A stretch of DNA of 57,142 bases, taken from positions 1 to 57,142 of the forward strand of contig JAUCBJ010002865.1 in assembly GCA_032718475.1 (NCBI GenBank), read 5' to 3'. The translations under genes were made by a program, and so were the position numbers. A model generated the notes under the pieces. That model had not been told where the DNA came from. It saw only the letters and a program-made list of their open reading frames with translations, and did no database searches. Below, piece after piece: positions 1-11,764 of the stretch. This DNA comes from Nemertoderma westbladi (lineage: Eukaryota > Animalia > Xenacoelomorpha). Positions within the stretch are counted from its first letter, which is position 1. Each line of letters opens with the position of its first letter.

Positions 1-2097
1 AATCTAAATGTAGGTTTTTTCGTAGTAAATTAAGGAAAGGTACATTTGGCCCGCCGTCCATTAACCTAGATTGTAAACAGTTGAGTAATGTTGAATGTTT
101 TAAATACTTAGGGCATATTATTTCCAGCGATTTTTCTGACGATTGTGATATATTTGGCACAAACTAGACTTTTTTATGCTAGAGCCAATTCCTTGATTAG
201 ACGCTTCAGTAACTGTTCTGATAAAGTTAAGAAAGTACTGTTTAACAGTTACTGTTCGTCAATCTATTGTTGTGCGTTGTGGTCTGACGTATATTTTTTA
301 TAGTCAAGTTTTAACAAACTTCACACTGCCATTAATAAATCTGTCCGGTCGTTATTTAATATTAAATTATACAATAAGGAGACCGACGAGATTAATAGTG
401 CAAGTCAAATGTTGGTAAATTTTAATATCCGCTCTCTTAAAGAGATTTTTAGAATATCACTTTTTAGTTTGCATACTCGTGTAAATTTGTCATCTAATTC
501 TATTTTAATATGTGTACGTAACACTTGCCGACCATTGTTTACAATGTACGATACTTTTAATATGTGTACGTAACACTTGCCGACCATTGTCTAAAATGTA
601 CGATACTTTTAATATGTGTACGTAACACTTGCCGACCATTGTCTACAATGTACGATACTTTTAATATGTGTACGTAACACTTGCCGACCATTGTCTAAAA
701 TGTACGATACTTTTAATATCTGTACGTAACACTTGCCGACCATTGTCTACAATGTACGATACTTTTAATATGTGTACGTAACACTTGCCGACCATTGTCT
801 ACAATGTACGATACTTTTATTATGTGTACGTAACACTTGCCGACCATTGTCTAAAATGTACGATACTTTTAATATGTGTACGTAACACTTGCCGACCATT
901 GTCTACAATGTACGATACTTTTAATATGTGTACGTAACACTTGCCGACCATTGTCTAAAATGTACGATACTTTTAATATGTGTACGTAACACTTGCCGAC
1001 CATTGTCTACAATGTACGATACTTTTAATATGTGTACGTAACACTTGCCGACCATTGTCTAAAATGTACGATACTTTTAATATGTGTACGTAACACTTGC
1101 CGACCATTGTCTACAATGTACGATACTTTTAATATGTGTACGTAACACTTGCCGACCATTGTCTAAAATGTACGATACTTTTAATATGTGTACGTAACAC
1201 TTGCCGACCATTGTCTACAATGTACGATACTTTTAATATGTGTACGTAACACTTGCCGACCATTGTCTACAATGTACGATACTTTTAATATGTGTACGTA
1301 ACACTTGCCGACCATTGTCTACAATGTACGATACTTTTAATATGTGTACGTAACACTTGCCGACCATTGTCTACAATGTACGATACTTTTAATATGTGTA
1401 CGTAACACTTGCCGACCATTGTCTAAAATGTACGATACTTTTAATATGTGTACGTAACACTTGCCGACCATTGTCTACAATGTACGATACTTTTAATATG
1501 TGTACGTAACACTTGCCGACCATTGTCTACAATGTACGATACTTTTAATATGTGTACGTAACACTTGCCGACCATTGTCTACAATGTACGATACTTTTAA
1601 TATGTGTACGTAACACTTGCCGACCATTGTCTACAATATACGATACTTTTAATATGTGTACGTAACACTTGCCGACCATTGTTTACAATGTACGATACTT
1701 TTAATATGTGTACGTAACACTTGCCGACCATTGTCTACAATATACGATACTTTTAATATGTGTACGTAACACTTGCCGACCATTGTTTACAATGTACGAT
1801 ACTTTTAATATGTGTACGTAACACTTGCCGACCATTGTCTACAATGTACGATACTTTTAATATGTGTACGTAACACTTGCCGACCATTGTCTACAATGTA
1901 CGATACTTTTAAGCGGTGGTGTTACTCACGTGCAACTTGACGCTTTTTATTTCACCTATGTTTCATTTTTTAGACCCATTTTACTAATTGTGCAGAAATT
2001 CCCTACCATTAGTGTTTTTATAGATATGGCACTGATATTTAATGTATATAATATGAATATTTGATGCTGAAATAAATAAAATAATAATAATAATAAT
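1..2097 (+). mobile_element. 3' end of a decayed non-LTR retrotransposon (LINE ORF2 C-terminus, 3' UTR, (TAA)n tail), interrupted by a 52-bp tandem array
   Basis: Manual translation gives FKYLGHIISSD...FYARANSLIRRFSNCSDKVKKVLFNSYCSSIYCCALW...SASQM, typical of the region after the RT core; frameshifts are present. The element ends in AATAAA plus (TAA)n at about 2071-2097. Confidence 0.75.
503..1912. repeat. 52-bp tandem array, about 27 copies (AATATGTGTACGTAACACTTGCCGACCATTGTCTACAATGTACGATACTTTT)
   Basis: 52-bp period read directly (e.g. 611 to 663); no spacers. Confidence 0.97.
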
Positions 2098-2104
2098 ATA
2101 TTAT

Positions 2105-2330
2105 ACACCTGTTTCGTAATTTTTTTTATCCGACATTTTAATTAGTCTTAACCAGAATTTTATGGCTGCAAAAACATGTTTCACTTTAAGCGGTGTCACG
2201 CCCGTTTCACCATAAACCATAAAATTTGGCGTGCTAGATTTGACACCGATAATCCTTTTCAAATAACCTAGATGTACTCTTTCAATGTCTGTGGCTTTGT
2301 GGAATGCCCATATTTCAGAACCATAACTAA
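2105..2330 (-). mobile_element. LINE fragment (RTE-X-like ORF2 C-terminal part), downstream half, split by the hAT insertion
   Basis: Minus strand reads SYGSEIWAFHKATDIERVHLGYLKRIIGVKSSTPNFMVYGETGVTPLKVKHVFAAIKFWLRL, the continuation of ...FQSLIIPVL at 6346-6534. Confidence 0.75.
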
Positions 2331-2798
2331 TAGGGTGGGCCGATTTTCAGTTTTGGTCGAATTTTTATTTTTCTACCAACAAAAAAGTTGCCTTTCCATC
2401 CGAAATCAACAAAATAATTATTTTTAGTGTGAAAAAATGAAAATTACCCCCTGCACCAAAGGCCTAAATTTACAATTAGTCAGAAATATATAATTTTTTA
2501 CAGTAATTGTAATAATGCCATTTACTGCATAGATGTTTTGTCTTCTTGATAAACCTATTCTACCATGATGAAAATGATTTTAACAATCTGGTATTTATTT
2601 CAATAATATAATTTAACCCCTGCACTAATTCACTGAAAGAAGGCAATTATTACTGTATTACTTTAATTTTACAACATATAATGCTCTAATTGTAGTATAA
2701 TTAACACACAAACAACAGCAAAAATTCAAAAAACGGAAATTATCCATTAAAAAGTAACAGATCATAAACAAAGAAATTATTAACAACGATTACAAATA

Positions 2799-5534
2799 CT
2801 ATTTCATTTTTATTTTAAGTGCAAAATGTTTTTTAGAGCCAAATTGAGGCATTTCCTCCCTGCTACGTAATTCAGAACTAATATATCCATGTTGGCGCTT
2901 GAATCCACATACTTTCTTGGAAGCCTTTGACACACTATTAACTATCCTTTCCACCCCTTGCGAATGACATGGATACTCCCAAGTTATGGGTCCGCATTCT
3001 ATCATCTCATTCAATTGATATATTGGAATGTTTGAAACAAGAGGTGGTTGAAACATGTCAGCATTACATTTCAATAATTCGTTCAAATTTGATTCATGAC
3101 ATGTACAGTAATTTTTGGCTTCAGAAATAATCTGCATTTCGGCATTGGCTTGGCTGTGAGTTTTTTTAACCGGATATCTCGAATAATTTGAAAGGCCTCC
3201 TGTCTAACAGCAATATCTTCATCAGACAACATTCGCAACAACACATTTTCAGAATGAGCGTAATAAGCACCTTTTTGAAGAACCGGAAATACAATTTTCT
3301 TTTCTTCTTCATTAAGGCAATTGTTACATAGTTTCAAAAATTCACAAAATAGTAGAGCCCCATTATGTAGCTGCCATTTACATCTGATCATGAACCAGAA
3401 CGCTGCGTATATATGAACTATAAAATGTGTCAGTCTTTGTAATACAAACGAGGGTTCAGAGGTTGAAATATATAACCGCAATACCCGCGCAGCTGTAGTA
3501 AGCCACCTGGAATGCGAAATGGGTCCCGGCATTTTATTAGCCAGAGTTGGAGGACATTGACCTGATAGAACAGCTTCACAGATCTGGTATAAATACTTCT
3601 GGTCGTTTGAAAAATTATTTGCTACATCAGAGGGCACAGATGGAAACTTATTATTCGCAATGGTCTGAAAACTAACAACAGGCTTAATGTGACATTCATC
3701 TAGTAGCTTTCCTACATTTCCGGAGAACGAGTTAGACCCAGTAGTTTGACCATCTAATTGTTTTATTAAATGTTGTAACGGCAATTCATTTATATGTAAC
3801 AAACATATAGCATGATGGACCGGCCGATTATATTTACTCTCTAGGAGGGCAAATATTCCTCCACCCTTCCATCCTGTATTTGTGTTAGTGCTATCTGCTC
3901 CAACTGAAAAATAGGAAAAAAATATTATTTTTAATATAAATAAGTAAATGATAATTATAATAAAAATAGTTACAATACAATACTAAAACTGTAACAACTG
4001 AAATAATAATTAAAATGTTTAAATTTATTTTACAGTAATTATATCATTACTTACTATTTATATTTTAATATAATAAAGTAAAAAACAGTAAATGAGTAAA
4101 GTTTTAATCGGCCATTAGGCCAGGGATTACACACAAAAAGTCTCCAGTTTCCAGTGCGGCCCCCCAGAACTCTACTCCCCAGCGAGATACAAATTCAATG
4201 CAACCACTACTCCAAGGTGGACCTCACAATTAATATTTATTATATTTTTAATATAAGTCTGTCAAACATACCTTTTTTAATTTACATGAATTTGTTCAAA
4301 TTTATTTGTATTACTTATTATATTTTTATTTTTGTTAATTTCATGAATATTAGCATATTTAACTAACCAACAACAAGTTGATCATTGTTCAAATTTATTT
4401 GTATTACTTATTATATTTTTATTTTTGTTAATTTCATGAATATTAGCATATTTAACTAACCAACAACAAGTTGATCAGTTTGAATTCCTTGTGAATCGAA
4501 AAATTCGGCGATAGCATCAACAATATCAGTAGCTGTAGCAGTAGTTGGAGAAACGTGTCCAATATATTTGGTACCAGGTTCTTGTACTAGAGTATAATGA
4601 TCCTGCTTTATTATCCTGTGGTTTTCTAATGTCTTGTCGATCTTTCCGTCAAAATATAGTCCAGTCAATGGTTCCTTTTCTTCAGAATCTAAAATAGATC
4701 CCTGGATTTTTCTCTTGTGCGTCTTAATTTGTTTTTATCAACAACACTAGATATTCCCATATCATGAAGTACAGCTGAGCTAATAGCAGCTGCAGCTCTA
4801 TCGCTGACACCGAATCTGTCTGCAACTTTCCCAACATTAGGAAGAGAAACTGTGGAATATGTCGAACTTATTGATGTTTCACTATAGCCTGGAGGATGAA
4901 ACTCTTCTTCATTATCTCTGATTGAACATGACTCGCTATTGGTATCTGATTCCACACCCTGGCTCACATTGAAAACTATGGATTCAGAATTTCCTTGTTG
5001 AAGTTTCTGGTTTCGTTTAAGTTTCTCTGTGGTGATAATATCAACAGGTCCAATTACCATTTTACGATCAGATCGTTGATCTTCTAAAAATTCCCATTCT
5101 CGTAGTGGAATTTTTAGAGGCAAGGGGCAGGTACACGAACTTCTAGATAAACATCTACAAGCAGCTATATCGAATAAGCTATGCAACTTACGATAATATG
5201 CCTCAGTTTTCAAATGAAAGTCTGGTTTCTCCCTGCGATTCTTTGGGACATGGTTCAATGCTTTGCTCTCGTCAAACAGTTTACGAATTCGACCAGTTAA
5301 GTTTGTTGCTGAATAAACTGATGGAATAGTGGCTTTAGTCCATATTGACAATAGTGTATCAACCGTACTACGAAAATCTTCATTGGTATTTTGCATTCCC
5401 ATCGGTCGTTTCTCAACTAAGAACATTAGATGTTGCATCACATCTAATCCGGTTGGTAAAGTAGTAGCTTTCAATATCTCCAACTCCTTTGAATAACAAA
5501 AAAAATCATATCGAATTCGAGTTGAACGAGCCAT
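2799..5534 (-). pseudogene. hAT transposase, two exons (intron 3904-4460), two apparent frameshifts (about 4690 and about 3110)
   Basis: Motifs LYFDGKID, spliced VGADSTNTNTGWKGG, CLLHINELPLQHL, HSRWLTTAARVLRLY, YYAHSENVLL and PCHSQGVER. A phase-1 GT..AG intron rejoins the frame. Confidence 0.85.
4292..4477. repeat. 93-bp direct tandem duplication spanning the transposase 5' splice site
   Basis: 4292-4384 equals 4385-4477; each copy has 17 nt of exon end plus 76 nt of intron on the minus strand. Confidence 0.9.
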
Positions 5535-6341
5535 GAGAAATTTAAATAATAAGTAATGCAGTAAATGTCAGTCAGAAAAACATGAGGAAAGATTACACTA
5601 AATCAACAATTAATTACTTATAATTTTATTAAATCTGAATTTCTTTATAGGCTGCATCAAACTTGAATCACTACTAACATAAACAAAGATAAACAAAAAA
5701 AACAACACCAGCTGTCCTGTCAGTCAAAACAAATAACAATCATGTCCATGTGTCCCATTTGCAGGTACTGATCTGGATGTGCTGATTGTCTCTAACCGTT
5801 AATCCACAACAATCTAGTCTGCCTGTGGTCCTTACTTTAACCACTAAATACCAATACTAAATACCCGTACCGGTACTGCAGTACTGAAATTCAACAATAC
5901 TAGTCCACATAATAAAACATAATCAAACTGTTTGAATTTCCCCCCATTTTTTAATATTTTATATTGGGGAAATCTAATGTGATTAGTTTCCATTTTAACT
6001 AAAATAATCAAATTTAATTAAAAAATACTTATTATTGATTATGTGTGTGGGTCTTAATATCCTGCATGGTATCGAATACATCGTTTTTAATGCAATTCCC
6101 ATACCATTACTTAATAAAGAACATAATACCAATATGTTGTAATTCGAATTATGAAAACTAAAGTAAAATAATAATAATAATTTTTTTGGTTAATTGTAAA
6201 TTTTCAGGCTCTTGGTGCAGGGGGGCAATTTTCATTTTTTCACACTAAAAATAATTATTATGTTGATTTCGGATGGAAAGGCAACTTTTTTGTTGGTAGA
6301 CAAATAAAAATTCGACAAAAACTGAAAAACGGCCCACCCTA

Positions 6342-6595
6342 ATAACTAAAGTACCGGTATAATTAAAGACTGAAATAGGTTATATCTAAGGTCAAACCCA
6401 ATATATGGAAATTCTAACAAATACTTATTGACAGGAAATAGGGCCTTGCTTCCCTTGTCGGCCAAAAGTTTTTGCGCTGGCGTGAATGAACCCATACATG
6501 AGATCTTAATACCCAAGTAGGTGTAGTGTGGCACGGTCTCGTGCTCATTCCCTTTGTATGTCCATTTTTCAGTTTACTGGTGTTAACTTGATGAA
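6342..6595 (-). mobile_element. LINE fragment (RTE-X-like), upstream half
   Basis: ORF 6346-6534 HYTYLGIKIS...FQSLIIPVL has the YLG motif and leads into the YGSEIW segment on the other side of the hAT. Confidence 0.75.
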
Positions 6596-6677
6596 AGATC
6601 AATGACCCAAGAATGAACTTCCTTCATGCATCAAATGGGTCCAACCTTAGGATCAAGGTAACTAGTACCACAGGCAA

Positions 6678-7211
6678 ATGGCCATAACCTACCCTTTGGC
6701 ACAAGTGACTCTTATTATTCTCAATTTTCGCTTTTATTTCTCCCACTGCATTAATCGTACTATAAGGTATATGGTACGTATATATATATATATATATATC
6801 GCACTATAAGGTAAGGTCTATAATTAAAGACATTTTCTACAAAAAAAACTATAGAGAACTACTGTAATCAGTACTCTTTTATTTTGAAGGTGTATGTATA
6901 CACTAAATCAATTCGTTGTCACAGTGATGTGTGTGTATATTTTTGATGCCTTAAGATAATTAGAAATATCATTTTAGTGTATTTGTCTAAAAATCATCAT
7001 GGCACTAATGTTGACTTGTGCCGTGCTTAAGATTTTCTGCAATATCTCAAGAACTATTCGCTCTACTGTTGTTTTGATAGTGTCTACCCCAACTAAATAG
7101 GTCATTGCGGTTCTAATGAGCATAATATTAATGAAGTAGGAGAAATAAAAGTTGTCCCTCGCGAAAATTTAGTATAAGAGACACTTGCGCCAAAGGGTAG
7201 GTTCTGGCCAT
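6678..7211. mobile_element. Non-autonomous TIR element (MITE-like), about 530 bp
   Basis: About 80-bp imperfect inverted repeats: ATGGCCATAACCTACCCTTTGGCACAAGTG... and ...CACTTGCGCCAAAGGGTAGGTTCTGGCCAT. TSD not identified. Confidence 0.7.
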
Positions 7212-7229
7212 GTTCCATGGCACAACTGC

Positions 7230-7738
7230 CTCCTGAAGTCGAGGAAATCCTGCCAAGTACCTAAGAGATCTAGACTTTGCTGATGACTTAAGAGTACTTT
7301 CAGAATCACTAGAGGGTGCACAACAGCTCCTCGGCTCATTAGAACAGGCTGCTTCTAGTGTTGGTCTTTTTATTAACACCAAAAAGACCAAAATTATTAC
7401 AGTAAACTTTGAAAGTCCTCAGTAAGTCTCTGACCGGTTGAGCATAAGCTCAAAGGATGGTATGCTTGAGCATGTGGACGACTTTTGTTACCTGGGATCA
7501 TGGATGCGGAAGTCAGGTGAGGACCTTCGAATACGTAAGGGAAAGGCATGGGCAGCCTTGAATAGGCTTTCCAGGATTTGGAATTCACAGAGAATTAATC
7601 GGAAACTTAAGGTCCGATTATTTAGAGCAGCAGTAGTTCCAGTACTCCTCTATGGGAGTCCATGCTGGGCTCTAACTGCTGAGGACACCAAATCTCTGGA
7701 TGGCACATTCACAAGAATGCTACGCCGGGTTCATTGTT
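7230..7738 (+). mobile_element. RTE-like LINE internal fragment (copy 1, truncated at both ends, contains stops)
   Basis: Near-identical to about 9276-9783; DLDFADD and YLGSW motifs. Confidence 0.9.
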
Positions 7739-9039
7739 TTTCATAAGTGCAACGTCCTGGGATGTCTTCCCTTCTATACACTGATATATTATCTGGTCAA
7801 TTTATTGTTTTAATATTTTTAATATTGTGAGCGAATAATAATAATAATAATAATACTTATTTACTTCACTAACTTTCACTTATAAAAAATAATATTATAT
7901 ACATTCGACATCCCGAGCTAAATCCAATCACTTCTCCCAAATTGTACTTAGAATGATGGACATTACCTATACATAATATTGTTTGATGTATTGTTAATGT
8001 TTTTACAGAAGTATCGAACTCAGAAAATCAACGATGGGGAAGGAGTCTGGAAAAACACAGATGTTGTTATTTTTTATTCGCTAGCTTCCAACATCCACTG
8101 ACTGTAATCTCATGAATTCCTCCTTCCTCTAAAGGGTTTTCTATCATCAATTCCACACTATTCCACTCTTTCCATTGTATGATCTATATAATAAGAAAAT
8201 AAGTGTAAATTACAAATTACAATGTCTGTGTGCATCAACTGTTTAATTCAAAACTCTAGTTGGCGGGAAATTTAAATTTGTGGTGGAGCTGGTGCAGACT
8301 CACTAAAGTTGAAACCTAGACGCAACACGCAACAACTTATTGTTTGCTTATGTTGATTTTACTTTTACTTAGAAATATTACTTACCATTTTAATCTAAAA
8401 CACACATTTCAATGTCCTTTCAAACATTTTAATCGGTTTAGGCTGTTAGGTGTTAGGTTCCGGAAGGAAAAGTTCCAGCAGTTACCAGAAGACAGGAAGA
8501 TGTAACCAGGGTAACCAGAAGAAGAAGATACCAGAAAAGTTACCAATGATTTAGAACATCATCACCGTTCTGCCGTTAGGTTTCAGGCTTCTTCACTGCT
8601 TCACTGTTCCCGTTAGGCTGTTAGAAATATGGGGAGAATTACCATTGCAAATTCTTAACTAAATTGCATTGGAATTATTAATTAAACAAGTAATTTATTC
8701 ACACCAACCAACATGGCGTTACGTTACTGTTAACTGCTAATAAATTGACTTCTCCCATACATAAACCACACAAACTGTACCGGTCAGCCGGTACATACAA
8801 TATCCCGTATTTATTTATGCCCCTACTAAAGTGTAATGGACATTCAGCCAGCCATAACTGCATACGCATACCGCACCCGTACTTACTGTAGAAACTTTAC
8901 TTACATCTGTACAATACTGCAATACAAGACGTGCAAGAAACGATAATAACGTACGGTAACTAAGCATTTAGCATTTAGGCCTACTGTAGAAAAGACTTTC
9001 GCCACACAGTTCAGTAGTAGGCTTACCTACTTTCATACT

Positions 9040-10140
9040 TTCATTATACTGTATGGGATTCCTGATGAAATTATTGCAGCAATCAGATCAGTATACGATG
9101 GTTCAGCAACATTTGTGTCTACTGTTGACGGTGACACAGAACCATTTGAAGTATGGGGCGTCCTCCAAGGAGACACACTTGCACCATTCTTGTTCATTAT
9201 TGTGGTTGACTATGTTCTACGCATGTCCTTAGATCATCATAATGATGATGGGGTGATGATAACTCCACCTACTGGCTCCAGAAGTCGAGGAAATCCTGCC
9301 AAGTACCTAACTGATCTAGACTTTGCTGATGACTTAGGAGTACTCTCAGAATCCTTAGAGGGAGCCCAACGGCTCCTCAGCTCATTAGAACATGCTGCTT
9401 CTAGTGTTGGTCTTTTTATTAACTCCAGAAAGACCAAAATTTTGACAGTTAACTTTGAAAGTTCTCAGCAAGTCTCTGATCGGATGAGCATAAGCTCAAA
9501 GGATGGTATGCTTGAGCATGTGGACGACTTCTGTTACCTGGGATCATGGATCCGGAAGTCAGGTGAGGACCTTCGAATACGTAAGGGAAAGGCATGGGCA
9601 GCCTTGAATAGGCTTTCCAGGATTTGGAAGTCACCGAGAATTAATCGGAAACTCAAGGTCCGATTATTTAGAGCAGCAGTAGTTCCAGTACTCCTCTACG
9701 GGAGTCCATGCTGGGCTCTAACTGCTGAGGACACCAAATCTCTGGATGGCACATTCACAAGAATGCTACGCCGGGTTCATTGTCAGATTGTGTCAAGTAC
9801 AATGCACACATCTCCAACCAGACACTATATAACATTGGAGGGGTCTCATTGGTTCCCCCAAGCTTGACACTAGAACAAAATCGCCTCCGCTTTGCAGGAC
9901 ATTGCTTTCGCCGTGAGGACCAGCCAGTGCATAATCTTGTACTTTGGCAGCCTCATGGAGTGAATAAGCATGGTGGATAGCCCATGACTTTCTTGAGATG
10001 CATCTTAAAGGACACTGGCCTTGAAGATGCGGATGATCTAGCAAATGTCATGGGTGATAGGGAGTTGTGGCGGTGCAATTTTGTTGACAAGCCGGCACAG
10101 CATTCTTAAAAATGCAGCTGCAATGCAGCATGCCGATCCT
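9040..10140 (+). mobile_element. 5'-truncated RTE-like LINE (copy 2)
   Basis: RT motifs GVLQGDTLAPFLF, DLDFADD, YLGSW, LLYGS.CW.LT, LDGTFTRMLR; 3' end GCCGATCC(TAG)n; TSD AGTAGTAGGCTTAC at 9013-9026 and 10141-10154. Confidence 0.92.
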
Positions 10141-10363
10141 AGTAGTAGGCTTACATACTGTATACAGTAGAGATCCTCCAATTATACCACACACCATTGT
10201 CCATTGCAATCTCGAGTATGGTATGATGTATAATATGTGTACTGTACGGTATAGTATAGGCCCTAATATAGTAGGTTTCTTAGTTCAGTAGTGTTTATAT
10301 TATTCTACACATGACAGTACGTTCTCGTTCGTACCCTTCTGGTGGTTTCTCATACATCATATT

Positions 10364-11764
10364 ATGGAAATGTTTGCGCAAATTGCGACCAAATTACGTT
10401 TACATAAAAGTCTTCCCCGAATTATAAACCATCGTATTTACTCATCGTCTTCCACCAGTAAACCGCCTCGAATCTGCGTTGTCGGTAGCGGACCAGCCGG
10501 GTTCTACACAACCCAATACATACTGAAGAACCACAACACCGCCATGGTCGATATATACGACCGACTACCGGTGCCGTTTGGTCTAGTCCGTTACGGGGTA
10601 GCTCCCGACCACCAGGAAGTAAAAAACGTAATGAATTCATTCGTAACGACCGCGACTAATCCGCGTTGTACGTTTATCGGGAATGTAAACATCGGGAGGG
10701 ATCTAACTGTACCGGAACTACTGACTATGTACGAAGGGGTTGTACTGACGTACGGTGCTGCGGGTGACAGACAGTTAGGCGTACCGGGGGAGGGACTCCC
10801 GGGGGTGCATTCAGCTCGACAGCTAGTTGGTTGGTACAACGGAGACCCCGAGTCGTCGAACTTCTCGCCGCAACTCGATTCCGACACAGCTGTTATTGTA
10901 GGTGTGGGTAACGTGGCTATAGATATCGCTAGGATTCTTTTATCTCCGATTAACTTACTCCAACATACAGACATACCCGATACCGTTCTAGAACGTTTGA
11001 AAACCCGGAGAATTAATAAGGTGATCTGCTTGGCGCGTCGAGGTCCGTTAGAAATTGCAGCGACGATAAAAGAATTGAGAGAAATAATAAACCTCCCTTT
11101 CTGCCGAACTGTTTTGGATAAAAATATATTTCTTCCTCTTAAAGAAGTTTTGGGATCAATTGAAAGACCTCGTAAACGATTAATTCAGTTGCTAATAGAA
11201 ACGGCTTTGGATTCGTCATCTAAAGAAAATATTAATTCCCAATTCGAGATTAAATTCTTTCGGAATCCTGTAGAGATTGTCTCTAATGATTCCGGTTCTG
11301 TTTCCGGTATAAAAGTTTATAATAGTTCGTCTTCTAACGAGGAATTTATTCCGACTAGTTTGGTTATAAAGAGTATTGGATACCGTAGCGAGCCGTTGGA
11401 GGGCGTGCCTTTCGACGAGGTGTCTGGGGTCATCCCGAACCAACTGGGGAGGGTGGGGGGTCGGATGTACTGCAGTGGGTGGGTGAAACGGGGTCCCAAG
11501 GGGGTCATACTAAACACAATGGCCGATAGTTATGAAACTGGGAAGGCCGTGGTAGAGGATTTATTGGGGGGAGTGTTGGGGGAAGGGCGGGGCGGGGCTG
11601 AGAAGGCACTAAGGGATAGGGGATTGAATCCCGTGCGCTTCACGGATTGGTCGAGAATAGATGAACACGAACAGTCGGTAGGGAAGGAGAAAGGCAAACC
11701 CAGGGAGAAATTAACTTCGGTAGATTTAATGTTGGATGTGGCGTTAAAATCTCCTGTAAAATAA
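10364..11764 (+). CDS. FDXR: Mitochondrial NADPH:adrenodoxin (ferredoxin) reductase, intronless
   Basis: 466-aa ORF with basic/Ser-rich presequence, FAD motif VVGSGPAGFY, PVPFGLVRYGVAPDHQEVKNV, NADP motif GVGNVAIDIARIL, GWVKRGPKGVI and KPREK. Confidence 0.95.
   Translation: MEMFAQIATKLRLHKSLPRIINHRIYSSSSTSKPPRICVVGSGPAGFYTTQYILKNHNTAMVDIYDRLPVPFGLVRYGVAPDHQEVKNVMNSFVTTATNPRCTFIGNVNIGRDLTVPELLTMYEGVVLTYGAAGDRQLGVPGEGLPGVHSARQLVGWYNGDPESSNFSPQLDSDTAVIVGVGNVAIDIARILLSPINLLQHTDIPDTVLERLKTRRINKVICLARRGPLEIAATIKELREIINLPFCRTVLDKNIFLPLKEVLGSIERPRKRLIQLLIETALDSSSKENINSQFEIKFFRNPVEIVSNDSGSVSGIKVYNSSSSNEEFIPTSLVIKSIGYRSEPLEGVPFDEVSGVIPNQLGRVGGRMYCSGWVKRGPKGVILNTMADSYETGKAVVEDLLGGVLGEGRGGAEKALRDRGLNPVRFTDWSRIDEHEQSVGKEKGKPREKLTSVDLMLDVALKSPVK

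Larger units (their letters stand above)
2331..6341 (-). mobile_element. hAT-superfamily (hATm-like) DNA transposon, about 4.0 kb
   Basis: About 130-bp imperfect TIRs starting TAGGGTGGGCC and ending GGCCCACCCTA; perfect 8-bp TSD ATAACTAA at 2323-2330 and 6342-6349; internal transposase. Confidence 0.93.

Noticed and set aside
7900-8450. Possible minus-strand exons (donor near 8385, acceptor near 8185, short frame IIQWKEWNSVEL...)
   Set aside because: Short, with no recognisable homology; cannot be supported without transcripts.
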